Of a stretch of DNA of 64,000 nt, positions 63,667-64,000 are shown piece by piece (position 1 is the stretch's first letter; each line of letters starts with the position of its first letter). Under the pieces are notes generated by a model that did not search any database, was not told the origin of the DNA, and was given only the letters and a program-made list of their open reading frames with translations. Origin of the DNA: Octopus vulgaris (lineage: Eukaryota); assembly GCA_951406725.2 (NCBI GenBank), contig OX597824.1, positions 85,002,001 through 85,066,000 on the forward strand. Direction: 5' to 3'. The position numbers and the translations under genes were made by a program.

Positions 63667-64000
<334 letters not shown>

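Overview
Eukaryotic, AT-rich, microsatellite- and SINE-dense DNA. The repeat landscape (tRNA-derived SINEs, (TA)n/(CA)n/(AAT)n tracts) suggests an octopus or other coleoid cephalopod; this is inferred, not proven. One protein-coding gene can be reconstructed with confidence: SCNM1 (sodium channel modifier 1, a minor-spliceosome factor) on the + strand, with six coding exons from 20954 to 40256 giving 309 aa. Nearly all ORFs in the supplied track are microsatellite or SINE artefacts. The rest is transposon debris: at least five SINE-like families, mariner and IS630/Tc1 remnants, hAT- and piggyBac-type MITEs, non-autonomous Helitrons, an R4/Dong-like LINE 3' end inside an (AAT)n tract, and RTE fragments. 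The most interesting non-gene signals are: (i) several minimal Penelope-type hammerhead ribozyme motifs, one canonical-core copy in a ~105-nt rod at 45024-45128 and a two-copy family with a non-canonical CUGUYGA core; (ii) a pri-miRNA-sized hairpin at 54426-54521; (iii) foldback elements with telomere-like cores and a cluster of three long palindromes at 59.8-63.6 kb; (iv) SINE insertions flanked by ~190-300 bp direct repeats that look like very long target-site duplications. All alignments and folds were done by eye, and repeat boundaries are approximate.
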